Shown here: positions 47,506 to 56,295 of the stretch, one piece after another | Position numbering within the stretch: position 1 is the stretch's first letter | Layout of the letters: every line of letters starts with the position of its first letter | Assembly: GCF_014203605.1 (NCBI RefSeq) | Contig: NZ_JACHJJ010000017.1 | Coordinates: 111,192 to 175,191 of the forward strand | Direction: 5' to 3' | Source of the DNA: Planomonospora venezuelensis | GTDB taxonomy: Bacteria > Actinomycetota > Actinomycetes > Streptosporangiales > Streptosporangiaceae | Length of the DNA stretch: 64,000 bases | Program-made: the position numbers and the translations under genes | Notes under the pieces: model-generated | Told to the model about the DNA's origin: nothing | Database searches by the model: none | The model's input: only the letters and a program-made list of their open reading frames with translations

Positions 47506-48822
47506 ATGACCCCCGCTTACCTGCAAGGGCACTACGCACCGGTCGCCGACGAGATCAGCGCCGTCGGCCTGCCGGTCACCGGCGAGCTCCCCGCGGAGCT
47601 GTCCGGGCGCTACTTCCGCAACGGCCCCAACCCGCTGCCCGGCCAGGACCCCGGCCACTGGTTCCTCGGGCACGGCATGCTCCACGGGATCCGGCTGCGC
47701 GACGGCCGCGCCGAGTGGTACCGGAACCGGTGGACGAGGACCACCCTGTTCACCGACGGCGCCCCGTTCATCGGCGACGCCGGCGTCGACCTGGCCGCCG
47801 TCAGCGCCAACACCAGCGTCGTCCGGCACGGCGGCCGCATCCTCGCCCTGGTCGAGAACGGCCTGCCGTACGAGGTCGGCCCCGGCCTGGAGACCGTCGG
47901 CCCCTGCGACTTCGGCGGGAGGCTGGCGACCGCCATGACCGCGCATCCGAAGCAGGACCCGGTGACCGGGGAGCTGCTCTTCTTCGGGTACGGCTTCGCC
48001 CCGCCGTACCTCACCTACCACCGGCTGTCCGCCGCCGGCGAGCTGGTCGAGAGCCGGGAGATCGAGGTCCCCGGGCCGACCATGATGCACGACTTCGCGA
48101 TCACCGAGAACCACGTCGTCTGGCTGGACCTGCCGGTGGTCTTCGACCTGGAGGGGGCCCTGCGCGGCATCCCGTACCGGTGGGACGACGCCTACGGCGC
48201 GCGGCTCGGCGTCATGCGCAGGGACGGCGGGGACGGCGAGCGGGTGCGCTGGCACGAGATCGACCCGTGCTACGTCTTCCACGTCGGCAACGCCCACGAG
48301 GACGCGGAGGGCCAGGTCGTGCTGGACGCGGTCCGCTACTCCCCCGGTTCCTTCGCGCAGGCGTGGGAGGCCATCGGCGGCGCGGCGGACCCGGCCGTCG
48401 CCGCGGCCTCCGCCGCGGCGATCGGCGGGGCGACCCTGCACCGGTGGACCCTCGGCGCGACCGCGAAGCAGGAGCAGCTCGACGACCTCGGGATCGAGTT
48501 CCCCAGCCTCAACGGGGAGCGCACCGGCCTGGCCAACCGCTACCTCTACGCGGTGACCGGCGACGCGGTCGTCAAGTACGACACGGTCACGGGCGCGAGC
48601 CTGGTCCGGGCGGCCGGCGGCCCGGCCGGGGAGGCCGTGTTCGTGCCCGCGGAGGGCGCGCGGAGCGAGGACGACGGCTGGCTCATGTCGATCGTCGGCG
48701 CCGGGGACGGCTCGGAGCTGCGGGTGCTGGAGGCCGGTTCCCTGGAGCAGGTGGCGGCGGTACGGCTGCCGCGCCGGGTCCCGGCCGGCTTCCACGGCGG
48801 CTGGTTCGCCGACGACCGGTGA
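47506..48822 (+). CDS. Carotenoid cleavage oxygenase (RPE65/CCD family)
   Basis: MTPAYLQGHYAPVADE..GELPAELSGRYFRNGPNP..HWFLGHGMLHG..MMHDFAITENHVVW; 438 aa from the internal ATG. Confidence 0.85.
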   Translation: MTPAYLQGHYAPVADEISAVGLPVTGELPAELSGRYFRNGPNPLPGQDPGHWFLGHGMLHGIRLRDGRAEWYRNRWTRTTLFTDGAPFIGDAGVDLAAVSANTSVVRHGGRILALVENGLPYEVGPGLETVGPCDFGGRLATAMTAHPKQDPVTGELLFFGYGFAPPYLTYHRLSAAGELVESREIEVPGPTMMHDFAITENHVVWLDLPVVFDLEGALRGIPYRWDDAYGARLGVMRRDGGDGERVRWHEIDPCYVFHVGNAHEDAEGQVVLDAVRYSPGSFAQAWEAIGGAADPAVAAASAAAIGGATLHRWTLGATAKQEQLDDLGIEFPSLNGERTGLANRYLYAVTGDAVVKYDTVTGASLVRAAGGPAGEAVFVPAEGARSEDDGWLMSIVGAGDGSELRVLEAGSLEQVAAVRLPRRVPAGFHGGWFADDR

Positions 48823-48903
48823 GGGGAGGCCGCGTGCGCCGCACCCGCGCACGCGGCCGTCCCCCCGGGACGGCTCCGGCCGCCTCGGGAGGACAGGGGC
48901 CTT

Positions 48904-49959
48904 TCAGGGACGCACTTCGTAGACCATGTTGAACGGGTTCTCCGCCACCTTCCGGAAGCGGGTGAACCCGGCCTCGGTGGCGAGCCGCCGGATCGGGGCC
49001 TCGCCTGCCTGCGCGCCGAGAGAGTACCCGCCGGCCTGCGACAGCGCGTTGGGCACGCACAGGAACGTCGAGAACGAGTAGTAGGCCCGCCCGACCGGGT
49101 TGAGGTTGGCGGCGGGGCTGTCGCCGGCGGCGGGCTCGACCACCATCCAGGTGCCGTCGGGGGCCAGCGACTCCCGGACGCGCCGGGCCGCGCTGATCGG
49201 GTCGCCCATGTCGTGCAGGCAGTCGAAGGAGGTGACCAGGTCGTACGGCCCGCCGCCGAACGTCTGCGCGGAGGCGGTCTCGAACCTGACCCGGTCGCCC
49301 AGGCCCGCGTCGGCCACCCGGGTCTCCGCCTGCCTGACCGAGTCGGCGTGGTAGTCGGAGCCGACGAACGTGGAGTTCGGGTAGGCCTGCGCCATCAGCA
49401 CCGTGGACGCGCCGTGCCCGCATCCGACGTCGGCCACGCGGGCCCCGGAGCGGAGCTTGTCCTGGACGCCGTCCAGCGCGGGGATCCAGTTCCCCACCAG
49501 GTTGGCGGCGTACCCCGGGCGGAAGAACCGCTCGCAGCCGGTGAACACCTCGGGGTGGTGCTCGTGCCAGCCGACCCCGCCGCCGGTGCGGAACGCCTCG
49601 GTGATCCGGTCCAGGCCGTGCAGCGCGCCGACGACGAGCTGGAAGGCGCCCGGGGCGAACACCGCGCCGTCGGGATCGGTCAGCGCGAACGCCTGCTCCT
49701 CGGTGAGCCAGTAGGTCCCGCTCGCGGCGTCGTACTCCACGTAGCCGCCGGCGGCCTGGCCGCGCAGCCACTCCTCCACGTACCTCGGGTGGGTGCCGGT
49801 CTGCTCGGCGAGCGTCTCCGGCGGCATGGGCTTGCCCGCCAGCGCCCGGTAGAGCCCCAGCCGGTCGCCCACGAGCACGTTGCCCGCGGCCATCGCGGCG
49901 CCCACGTCGCCGACGAACTTGTTCAGGAATTCCATGAGTCTGTCCTGGTCGATCGCCAT
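48904..49959 (-). CDS. Class I SAM-dependent methyltransferase with an N-terminal winged-helix dimerisation domain
   Basis: Motif I VADVGCGHGASTVLMAQA, post-I DYHADSV, motif II TSFDCLHDMGDP; 351 aa. Confidence 0.75.
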   Translation of the reverse strand: MAIDQDRLMEFLNKFVGDVGAAMAAGNVLVGDRLGLYRALAGKPMPPETLAEQTGTHPRYVEEWLRGQAAGGYVEYDAASGTYWLTEEQAFALTDPDGAVFAPGAFQLVVGALHGLDRITEAFRTGGGVGWHEHHPEVFTGCERFFRPGYAANLVGNWIPALDGVQDKLRSGARVADVGCGHGASTVLMAQAYPNSTFVGSDYHADSVRQAETRVADAGLGDRVRFETASAQTFGGGPYDLVTSFDCLHDMGDPISAARRVRESLAPDGTWMVVEPAAGDSPAANLNPVGRAYYSFSTFLCVPNALSQAGGYSLGAQAGEAPIRRLATEAGFTRFRKVAENPFNMVYEVRP

Positions 49960-50172
49960 GATCGGTCTCCTGTCCGCTTGGATCTCCGTGGATCGCCGTG
50001 GGTCTCCCCGGATCTGCTGGGATCACCACGGGTCACCCCAAGGTTTCTCAGAGCGGTTGCCGGAATGTTGCCGGTCGGAGCGGACCGCGGGGGGGCGACG
50101 GGCCGTCTTAAGATGATTCTCACGCTCCCCTCGTAGCTTTCCGGCAGAGCAACGGAATCCGAAGGGGACGGC

Positions 50173-51078
50173 ATGGGACACGACCACGAGGGGCAGCGGG
50201 TCAGCCGCCGCACGGCGCTGGCCGGGATCGGCACGATCGGGCTGGGGGCGATCCTCGCGGCCTGCGGCGGGGAGGCCGGGACGCCGTCGACGGTCACCAC
50301 CTCCACGGGGTCGACCGCCTCGATCACCCCGACGACCGGCGCCGCCTCCGGGCTGGCGGACCTGTTCGCCGGCGCCAACACGTGCGTGCTGACCGAGTCG
50401 ACGACGCAGGGGCCGTACTACTTCGACGCGGACAAGATCCGCAGTGACATCCGCGAGGACCGGGAGGGCGTCCCCCTCCGGGTCGCGATCAAGGTGCAGG
50501 ACAGCGAGACCTGCAGACCCCTGTCCGACGCGGTGGTCGAGATCTGGCACTGCGACGCCGGGGGCGTCTACTCCGGCGCCGAGGCGCTGTCGTCCGGGCA
50601 GGGCGGCCCGGGAGAGGGAGGTCCCGGCCAGGGCACCCCTCCCTCCGGCGGCCCGTCCGGCGGCCCCGGCCGGGGCACTCCCCCTCCCGGCGGCCCCGGC
50701 GAGGGCGGGGGCGACATGGGCGATCTCACCCCGGTCGACGACAAGCGCTACCTGCGCGGTGCGCAGGTCACCGGCACCGATGGGATCGTGCAGTTCGTCA
50801 CGGTCTGGCCGGGCTGGTACCGGGGCCGGACGGTGCACATCCACGCCATGGTGCACGTCGGTGAGGCCCGGGTGCTGACCACGCAGGTCATGTTCGACGA
50901 GGCCCTCAACGGCAAGGTGTTCGAGGCCCAGCCGTACGCCCGGCGCACCGGGCGGGACACCTTCAACGACGGCGACACCATCTACGAGCCGAGCATGCTG
51001 ATGAAGGTCTCCGAGGAGGGCGAGGGCTACGTGGGCGCCATCGTCTTCTCCGCCGACTCCGACCAGGACAAGGCGTGA
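50173..51078 (+). CDS. Intradiol ring-cleavage dioxygenase-family lipoprotein (Tat signal, Gly/Pro-rich linker)
   Basis: MGHDHEGQRVSRRTALAGIGTIGLGAILAACGG (Tat and lipobox), core ..CVLTESTTQGPYYFD..VEIWHCDAGGVYSG..WPGWYRGRTVHIHAMVH.., inserted (GGPG/PPSG)n low-complexity stretch. Confidence 0.7.
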   Translation: MGHDHEGQRVSRRTALAGIGTIGLGAILAACGGEAGTPSTVTTSTGSTASITPTTGAASGLADLFAGANTCVLTESTTQGPYYFDADKIRSDIREDREGVPLRVAIKVQDSETCRPLSDAVVEIWHCDAGGVYSGAEALSSGQGGPGEGGPGQGTPPSGGPSGGPGRGTPPPGGPGEGGGDMGDLTPVDDKRYLRGAQVTGTDGIVQFVTVWPGWYRGRTVHIHAMVHVGEARVLTTQVMFDEALNGKVFEAQPYARRTGRDTFNDGDTIYEPSMLMKVSEEGEGYVGAIVFSADSDQDKA

Positions 51079-51094
51079 CCTCGCGGCGCCCGCC

Positions 51095-52327
51095 TCAGGT
51101 GCCGGTCCGCCGCGGCTCCGGCTCTGCCGGGACCGCTCCGATGTCGCGCACGTCGCGCACGAGCAGCAGGGCGAGGGAGGGCAGCAGCTGGCAGAGGAAG
51201 GCGACCCACAGCGCGTTGTGCAGGCCGAGTCCCGTGTGCAGCGCGGGGACGAGGAGCAGCCCCAGCGGGTAGCCCGCGTAGGAGCCGAGCCACTCGTAGG
51301 AGCTGACCCTGGAGAGCCGGTCCTCCGGGATGTGCCGCTGGAGCGTGGTCTCCCACAGGGTGTTGGAGACCATCAGGGAGACGCCGCCCAGGAAGGCGAC
51401 CGCGGCGACCCCGGCCGCCGGTGCGCCCAGCGCGAGCAGGAGGAGCTGGAGCGGGAAGACCAGGTCCCAGCAGACGGCGGTGCGCAGCGGATGGACCGGC
51501 TTGACGGCCAGGGCGAGCGCGCCGCCGGCGATGGACCCCGCCCCGAAGCAGGCGAGGATCAGCCCCCAGGCGCCCGCGCCGCCGAGGGCCGCGGTGGCGG
51601 CCACGGGGCCGAGCACGTGCAGCGCGGCCTGCCACATGTTGACCAGGGAGGCCGCCCCGATGAAGCTCCAGACCCAGCGGCGCGCCCGGAACTCCCGCCA
51701 CCCCTCGGCCAGGTCGCGCAGCATCCGGGTGGCGGGCAGCGGCTTGGCCGGGAGCCGGAGCAGGCCGAGGAAGGCCGCGCTGGCGGCGAAGGTCGCGGCG
51801 TCCACCGCGATGGCCCAGCCCGCTCCGGCGGTGGCGACGAGCAGGCCGGCCAGGGCCGGTCCCGCGACGTAGGCCGCCGACTGCGCGAACCCGCGCAGCG
51901 CGTTGGCGTCCTGCAGGCTCTCGGTGCCGACCGTCTCCCGTATCAGCCCGCTGACCGCGGGGGTGAACAGCGCGGAGGCGCCGCCGTGGACGAACTGCAG
52001 GGCCGCGAGCATCCACACCTGGGCATGGCCGGTGAGCAGGAGCGCCGCCATGACGCCCTGGCAGGCGAGACGCGCGAGGTCCGCGCCGATCATGACGGCG
52101 GTGCGGGGCAGCCGGTCGGCGAGCACCCCGCCGAGGAGCATGAACGCGATCAGCGGGACCGTGCGCGCGATCAGGACCAGGCCGAGGTCCGCGGCCGAGC
52201 CCGTCAGGCCGAGCACGGCGAACGCGAGCGCCACCGGGGCCATCATGTCGCCGAGCTGGGAGGCGGACTGCCCCAGCAGGAACCAGCGGAAGTTGCGCTC
52301 GCCCAGGACCCGGAGTCTCTGCTTCAT
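51095..52327 (-). CDS. MFS transporter
   Basis: 12-TM pattern and an MFS motif-A-like GGVLADRLPRT; ATGA overlap with the upstream PLP-enzyme stop. Confidence 0.8.
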   Translation of the reverse strand: MKQRLRVLGERNFRWFLLGQSASQLGDMMAPVALAFAVLGLTGSAADLGLVLIARTVPLIAFMLLGGVLADRLPRTAVMIGADLARLACQGVMAALLLTGHAQVWMLAALQFVHGGASALFTPAVSGLIRETVGTESLQDANALRGFAQSAAYVAGPALAGLLVATAGAGWAIAVDAATFAASAAFLGLLRLPAKPLPATRMLRDLAEGWREFRARRWVWSFIGAASLVNMWQAALHVLGPVAATAALGGAGAWGLILACFGAGSIAGGALALAVKPVHPLRTAVCWDLVFPLQLLLLALGAPAAGVAAVAFLGGVSLMVSNTLWETTLQRHIPEDRLSRVSSYEWLGSYAGYPLGLLLVPALHTGLGLHNALWVAFLCQLLPSLALLLVRDVRDIGAVPAEPEPRRTGT

Positions 52328-53292
52328 GCTTCCCCGCGTACGGTCGGCCAGCGTTCCCCGTCGGAGGTGTGCAGTTCCTCAAGGCGCAGCACGAGCGGGC
52401 ACACGTGGGCCGGGAGCAGCCGCAGCAGGCCGCCCGGGTGCGGTGAGGCGGCCGAGGGCGCCTCACCGGGGAACGCCCGCCCGTCGGGGAACGTCGCGGT
52501 CTCCGGGCTCCAGGGCTGGTGCAGCCCCTCGGTCAGCTCCGCCGCCGCGGCGGCGGGGACGTCGATCCCGACGGCGACGTCCTCGAAGCGGCAGACGCCC
52601 AGGCGGGCCAGGCCGGCGTCGCACAGCGCGTAGGCTCCCGCGCCGATCTCGGTGACGCCCGCGACCGTCATGACCGCGCGGGCGGCCGGTGTCCCGCCGA
52701 CGGCCACGACCGGGCACTCCAGGCCCTCGGCCCTGAGCGCCTCGGCCGCCGAGACGGTGCGGGCCGCCGCCGTACGGCCGATCCGGTCGCGGTCCCGGGC
52801 CTCCTCGGGACCGGTGAGGTCCGCGTACCCGCTGACTCCGCCGAGCCGCAGCCCCGCGGTGCAGGCCGCCCGCCGGGCGATGCCCGCGGTGTCGACGCCC
52901 GGTTCCACGACGGCGCGGACGCCGATGACGGCGCCGTGCGCGCGGGCGGCGCGGCCGAGCTCCGCCACGGTGTCCACGTCGTCGACGTGCAGGGAGAGCC
53001 TGCAGGAGCCTGCCACGCGGGCCAGCGCCGTCAGCCGCTCCCGGTCCCGCCAGGGCCAGGCCACCACGATGTCCTCGAACCCGGCCCCGGCGTAGTGCCG
53101 GGCCTCGCCCACCCTGGTGACGGCGATGCCGCCGGCGCCCGCCCGGACCTGGCGTCCGGCGATGCGCGGAGTGCGGTGCCCCTTGACGTGGGCGCGCACC
53201 GCCACGCCCGCGGCGGCGGCCGCGTCGTGCAGCCGCCGGATGTTGGCGTCGAGGCGGGCGACGTCCACATGGGCCGAGATCACCGGGCTCAC
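52324..53292 (-). CDS. PLP-dependent alanine-racemase-fold (DSD1/YBL036c/D-threonine-aldolase-like) enzyme
   Basis: N-terminal TIM-barrel with the PLP-lysine context AVRAHVKGHRT. GTG start overlapping (GTGA) the stop of the SagB-like gene; 322 aa. Confidence 0.6.
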   Translation of the reverse strand: MSPVISAHVDVARLDANIRRLHDAAAAAGVAVRAHVKGHRTPRIAGRQVRAGAGGIAVTRVGEARHYAGAGFEDIVVAWPWRDRERLTALARVAGSCRLSLHVDDVDTVAELGRAARAHGAVIGVRAVVEPGVDTAGIARRAACTAGLRLGGVSGYADLTGPEEARDRDRIGRTAAARTVSAAEALRAEGLECPVVAVGGTPAARAVMTVAGVTEIGAGAYALCDAGLARLGVCRFEDVAVGIDVPAAAAAELTEGLHQPWSPETATFPDGRAFPGEAPSAASPHPGGLLRLLPAHVCPLVLRLEELHTSDGERWPTVRGEA

Positions 53293-54428
53293 CCGAGCCC
53301 GTCCCAGGCGTCCGCGGGCGAGGAGAAGGCCGCCGGACCGCCGTCGGCCATCGCGCGCTGCCGCCGTGCCTCCTCGTCCGTCAGGACCCCCACCCCGGTG
53401 AGACCGAGGAAGACCTCCTCGGTCCAGGAGACGCCCAGCGCCTCCTCGACGAGGGCGTCCCGGGTGGCGGCCGTGAAGAACACGCCGAGGCCCAGGGCCG
53501 TACCGACGAGGTAGGCGTTCTGGCTGACGTGCCCGAGGTCGAGGTGGAGGCTGCCGTAGCTGCGTCCCGTCGGGTACTTCCAGGCCGTGCGCTCCAGGAC
53601 CGCCGTGTACAGCAGCAGTACTCCGGCGTTCGCGACGAAGGTCTGGTCCCCGCACCAGCGCAGCAGCTCGTCTCCGGCGGGCGGCGCCGCGGGGAGCGCT
53701 TCGAGGGCGTGCTCCCCGGGCGCGTAGCGGTAGATTCCCGGCTCGATCCCGGCCACGTTCACGACCAGGGGATAGACCTCGATCGGATGGCACGAGCCGG
53801 CGGAGGGCACGGCCTTCAGGACGGCCGTGCCGAAGTCCCCCAGCCCGACCCGGTGGAGCGGGCGGGCGGTCCAGTGCAGCAGGGCGGCGAGCGCGGCGAG
53901 GGGAACCGGCCGTCCCGGATCCAGGCGGCGTCCGGTACGGCGCCGCCGCAGCGCCTCGGCCAGGTCCATCACCGGCGGGGGCGGCTCGGGCAGCGGGAGG
54001 AGCGTGCCGGTGGCCGGTCTGCAGGGCGGGGGGCGGACCGCCGCGTGGTCGCGGAGCCGGAGCGTGTCCTCCGCGGCCGACAGGTACCTCGTCGTCTCGT
54101 CGGTCCGGGCCGCGAGGTGGTAGTGGGTGGCGGCCGCGCCCCAGCGGCGCCACACGTTCCGCTCCTCCTCCACGCGGTGCTCGGCGGAGCCTTCCACGAC
54201 CAGGATGCGCCTGCCGAGGAGCTGCTCGGCCAGGGTCCGCCGCGGATCGTCGAGGGTGCCGGGGTCGACCCAGTCGCGGAGCCGCTGGAGGAGCTCCCAC
54301 GCCGGCTCCCGCAGCGCCACCTGGCGGCCGTGCAGCGGGATGTCGCAGATGAGCTGGCCGTCCCGCCACTGGAAGAAGACGTACCGGGAAACGCGTAGGC
54401 GCACCTTTTCCGAGGCCCTCCTCTTCAC
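53289..54428 (-). CDS. SagB-type dehydrogenase / nitroreductase-superfamily protein
   Basis: C-terminal nitroreductase-fold signature VLKAVPSAGSCHPIEVYPLVVNVAGIEPGIYRYAP, then ..NAGVLLLYTAVLERTAWKYPTGRSYGSLHLDLGHVSQN..; 379 aa. GTG start as in the ORF track. Confidence 0.65.
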   Translation of the reverse strand: MKRRASEKVRLRVSRYVFFQWRDGQLICDIPLHGRQVALREPAWELLQRLRDWVDPGTLDDPRRTLAEQLLGRRILVVEGSAEHRVEEERNVWRRWGAAATHYHLAARTDETTRYLSAAEDTLRLRDHAAVRPPPCRPATGTLLPLPEPPPPVMDLAEALRRRRTGRRLDPGRPVPLAALAALLHWTARPLHRVGLGDFGTAVLKAVPSAGSCHPIEVYPLVVNVAGIEPGIYRYAPGEHALEALPAAPPAGDELLRWCGDQTFVANAGVLLLYTAVLERTAWKYPTGRSYGSLHLDLGHVSQNAYLVGTALGLGVFFTAATRDALVEEALGVSWTEEVFLGLTGVGVLTDEEARRQRAMADGGPAAFSSPADAWDGLG

Positions 54429-54590
54429 CCGGCCACCGTCCGGACCGGGTGCTCCCCGACGGGGCGAACGGCGGAACCGGGTGGAGAGCGCCGACGGCCT
54501 CCGCCCGGAGTCAGCACCGTCCTGCCCCGACCGGTGAAGAGGGTCCCGGAAGGGATCGGCGGCGGAAACGCCCTCCGGCTGCCGCCGGAC

Positions 54591-54698
54591 CTACGACGGG
54601 GCGACGATCAGAGCGATCTTGCAGCTCTCGGGCATCGCGTAGTCGTCCTCGTACGGAGCCTCGAAAGCCGGGACGTCGTTGTGCTCTGCCACAGGCAC
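54591..54698 (-). CDS. Candidate precursor-peptide sORF (35 aa: VPVAEHNDVPAFEAPYEDDYAMPESCKIALIVAPS)
   Basis: GTG start 6 nt after a perfect AGGAGG, strong GC3 bias, acidic leader-like N-half and hydrophobic Cys-containing C-half; 162 nt upstream of the SagB-type gene on the same strand. An in-frame ATG 18 nt upstream is an alternative start. Confidence 0.4.
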   Translation of the reverse strand: MPVAEHNDVPAFEAPYEDDYAMPESCKIALIVAPS

Positions 54699-54906
54699 GG
54701 TGTGCCTCCTTCGCATCGAGCGCGCAATACTCCCTGAATAATGCCACCCACCCGAACAGAGTCAACGGTAACTATTAGCGGCCAATAACAACACAGCGCA
54801 ACAAGCGCATTTTCCAATAGTCATAGCGGCCATTTCGGTACGCCCGGATCCCGTCCCGCCGCGCACGGCCCGGCGGGGGCCCGCCCGTCCGAGGACCGGG
54901 GCGGGC
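54699..54906 (-). promoter_or_regulatory. GC-depleted island (..GAATAATGCCACCCACCCGAACAGAGTCAACGGTAACTATTAGCGGCCAATAACAACACAGCGCAACAAGCGCATTTTCCAATAGTCATAGCGG..); candidate promoter for the sORF-dehydrogenase-PLP-MFS unit
   Basis: The longest AT-rich stretch in the window, immediately upstream of the sORF. Confidence 0.4.
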
Positions 54907-55677
54907 TCAGGCCTCGCGCACCGGCAGGAGCGCCGGCCGTTTGGCCACGCGGCCGTCGCCCGACGAGCGTCCCCGCAGCCGCCGCACCAGCCACGGTGTC
55001 AGGAACGTCCCGGCCCAGGACAGCTCCGTCCACGCACGCCGCCACGGCGGTGGCGGCGGCAGCGGCGGCAGCGCGTCGCTCCAGGAGGCGTCGCTGCCGG
55101 GCAGTTCCAGAGCATGGGCGACGGCCGCCGCGATCCGGGCGTGGCCCAGCGGCGTGGCGTGGATGCGGTCGGTGCTCCACAACCGGGCGTCCGCGGTGAC
55201 CTCGTAGGCGAAAGCGTCCACGACCAGGACGCCGTGCCGGGCCGCCGCGCCCCTGATCCGCTCGTTGAAGTCCAGCAGGCGCGGCCGCAGGTGCCGGACG
55301 AGCGGCGCGATCCGCGCGATGTCGGGGAAGGTGAAGGCGACCACCCTGGCGCCGGAAGCGGTGAACGCCTCGAACATCGCCTCCAGGTCCGCCGTCACCG
55401 CCTCGACGTCGAACCCGGGCCGGACGAGGTCGTTCATCCCGGCCATGACCGTCACCAGATCCGGCTCCAGGGCGAGCGCCGCCGGCAGCTGACCGGCCCG
55501 GATCTGCCCGGCGCGCTGGCCGCGCACGGCGAGGTTGGCGTAGAGGAGACCGGGATTCCGCACGGCCAGCGACTCGGCCAGCCGGTCCGCCCAGCCCCGG
55601 TAACCCGCCCGGTCGTCACCGTCGTTCAGGCCCTCGGTCTGACTGTCCCCGACCGCCACGTATCTCAGGAACCCCAT
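54907..55677 (-). CDS. SGNH/GDSL-family hydrolase
   Basis: Block I YVAVGDSQTEG and block V DRIHATPLGHARIA; start at the internal ATG (MGFLRY). Confidence 0.75.
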   Translation of the reverse strand: MGFLRYVAVGDSQTEGLNDGDDRAGYRGWADRLAESLAVRNPGLLYANLAVRGQRAGQIRAGQLPAALALEPDLVTVMAGMNDLVRPGFDVEAVTADLEAMFEAFTASGARVVAFTFPDIARIAPLVRHLRPRLLDFNERIRGAAARHGVLVVDAFAYEVTADARLWSTDRIHATPLGHARIAAAVAHALELPGSDASWSDALPPLPPPPPWRRAWTELSWAGTFLTPWLVRRLRGRSSGDGRVAKRPALLPVREA

Positions 55678-55783
55678 CGGCCGCCTCCACCCATCCATAG
55701 TCAATTATATGAATATTACCTGGTATGACTAACGAACGTCCTCCATGACCGCGTCGATCCTGCGAGTGCCCGTCCACGTTCGA

Positions 55784-55805
55784 GATACCATAGGGGGGTA
55801 CCGTG
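55784..55805 (+). promoter_or_regulatory. Candidate CsoR-type operator (GATACCATAGGGGGGTACCGTG; ATACC-N8-GGTAC imperfect inverted repeat) upstream of csoR. A second TACCTGGTA palindrome lies at about 55718-55728
   Basis: Resembles the TACC..GGTA-type palindromes bound by actinobacterial CsoR; located about 40 nt before the csoR start. Confidence 0.3.
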
Positions 55806-55840
55806 TTATGATGGGAGAGGCCGAGCCGAGGGGGAGAGAC

Positions 55841-56116
55841 ATGGCGGGATACACCCACAACAGGCAGGACCACCTGCGGCGGCTGCGCCGCATCGAGGGC
55901 CAGGTGCGCGGCCTGCAGCGGATGGTCGACGAGGACAAGTACTGCATCGACATCCTCACCCAGGTCTCGGCGGCCAACCGGGCCCTGCAGTCCTTCGCCC
56001 TGGCCCTGCTGGAGGAGCACATGGCGCACTGCGTGGCCGACGCCACCGCCAAGGGCGGCGCCGAGGCCAAGGTCAGGGAGGCCGCCGACGCCATCGCCCG
56101 CCTCGTCCGCTCCTGA
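55841..56116 (+). CDS. csoR: CsoR/RcnR-family metal-sensing transcriptional repressor
   Basis: RLRRIEGQVRGLQRMVDEDKYCIDILTQVSAANRALQSFALALLEEHMAHCV: conserved Cys...His...Cys metal ligands in a DUF156 helix bundle; 91 aa. Confidence 0.85.
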   Translation: MAGYTHNRQDHLRRLRRIEGQVRGLQRMVDEDKYCIDILTQVSAANRALQSFALALLEEHMAHCVADATAKGGAEAKVREAADAIARLVRS

Positions 56117-56295
56117 GACGACACCGGGACGCTCCGCGTCCCGGGTTCACCGGCCGGACCGCGGGAGGACCGTACGATGGGGCCGGTAACGGGGCCGGCA
56201 GGCGTGATCGGCCCCGGGGCGCCGGGGGCGGCGGCGCACGCGCCGGGGCGGCTGGACCGCGGGCGGGGACACGGACGAACCGGAGAGAGACCACG

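Noticed and set aside
54608-54817. 69-aa minus-strand ORF (MENALVALCCYWPLIVTV..) overlapping the candidate precursor sORF in another frame
   Set aside because: It has no SD and its start lies in the AT-rich promoter island. The overlapping 35-codon frame has a perfect AGGAGG-N6-GTG and better GC3 bias, so I prefer it.
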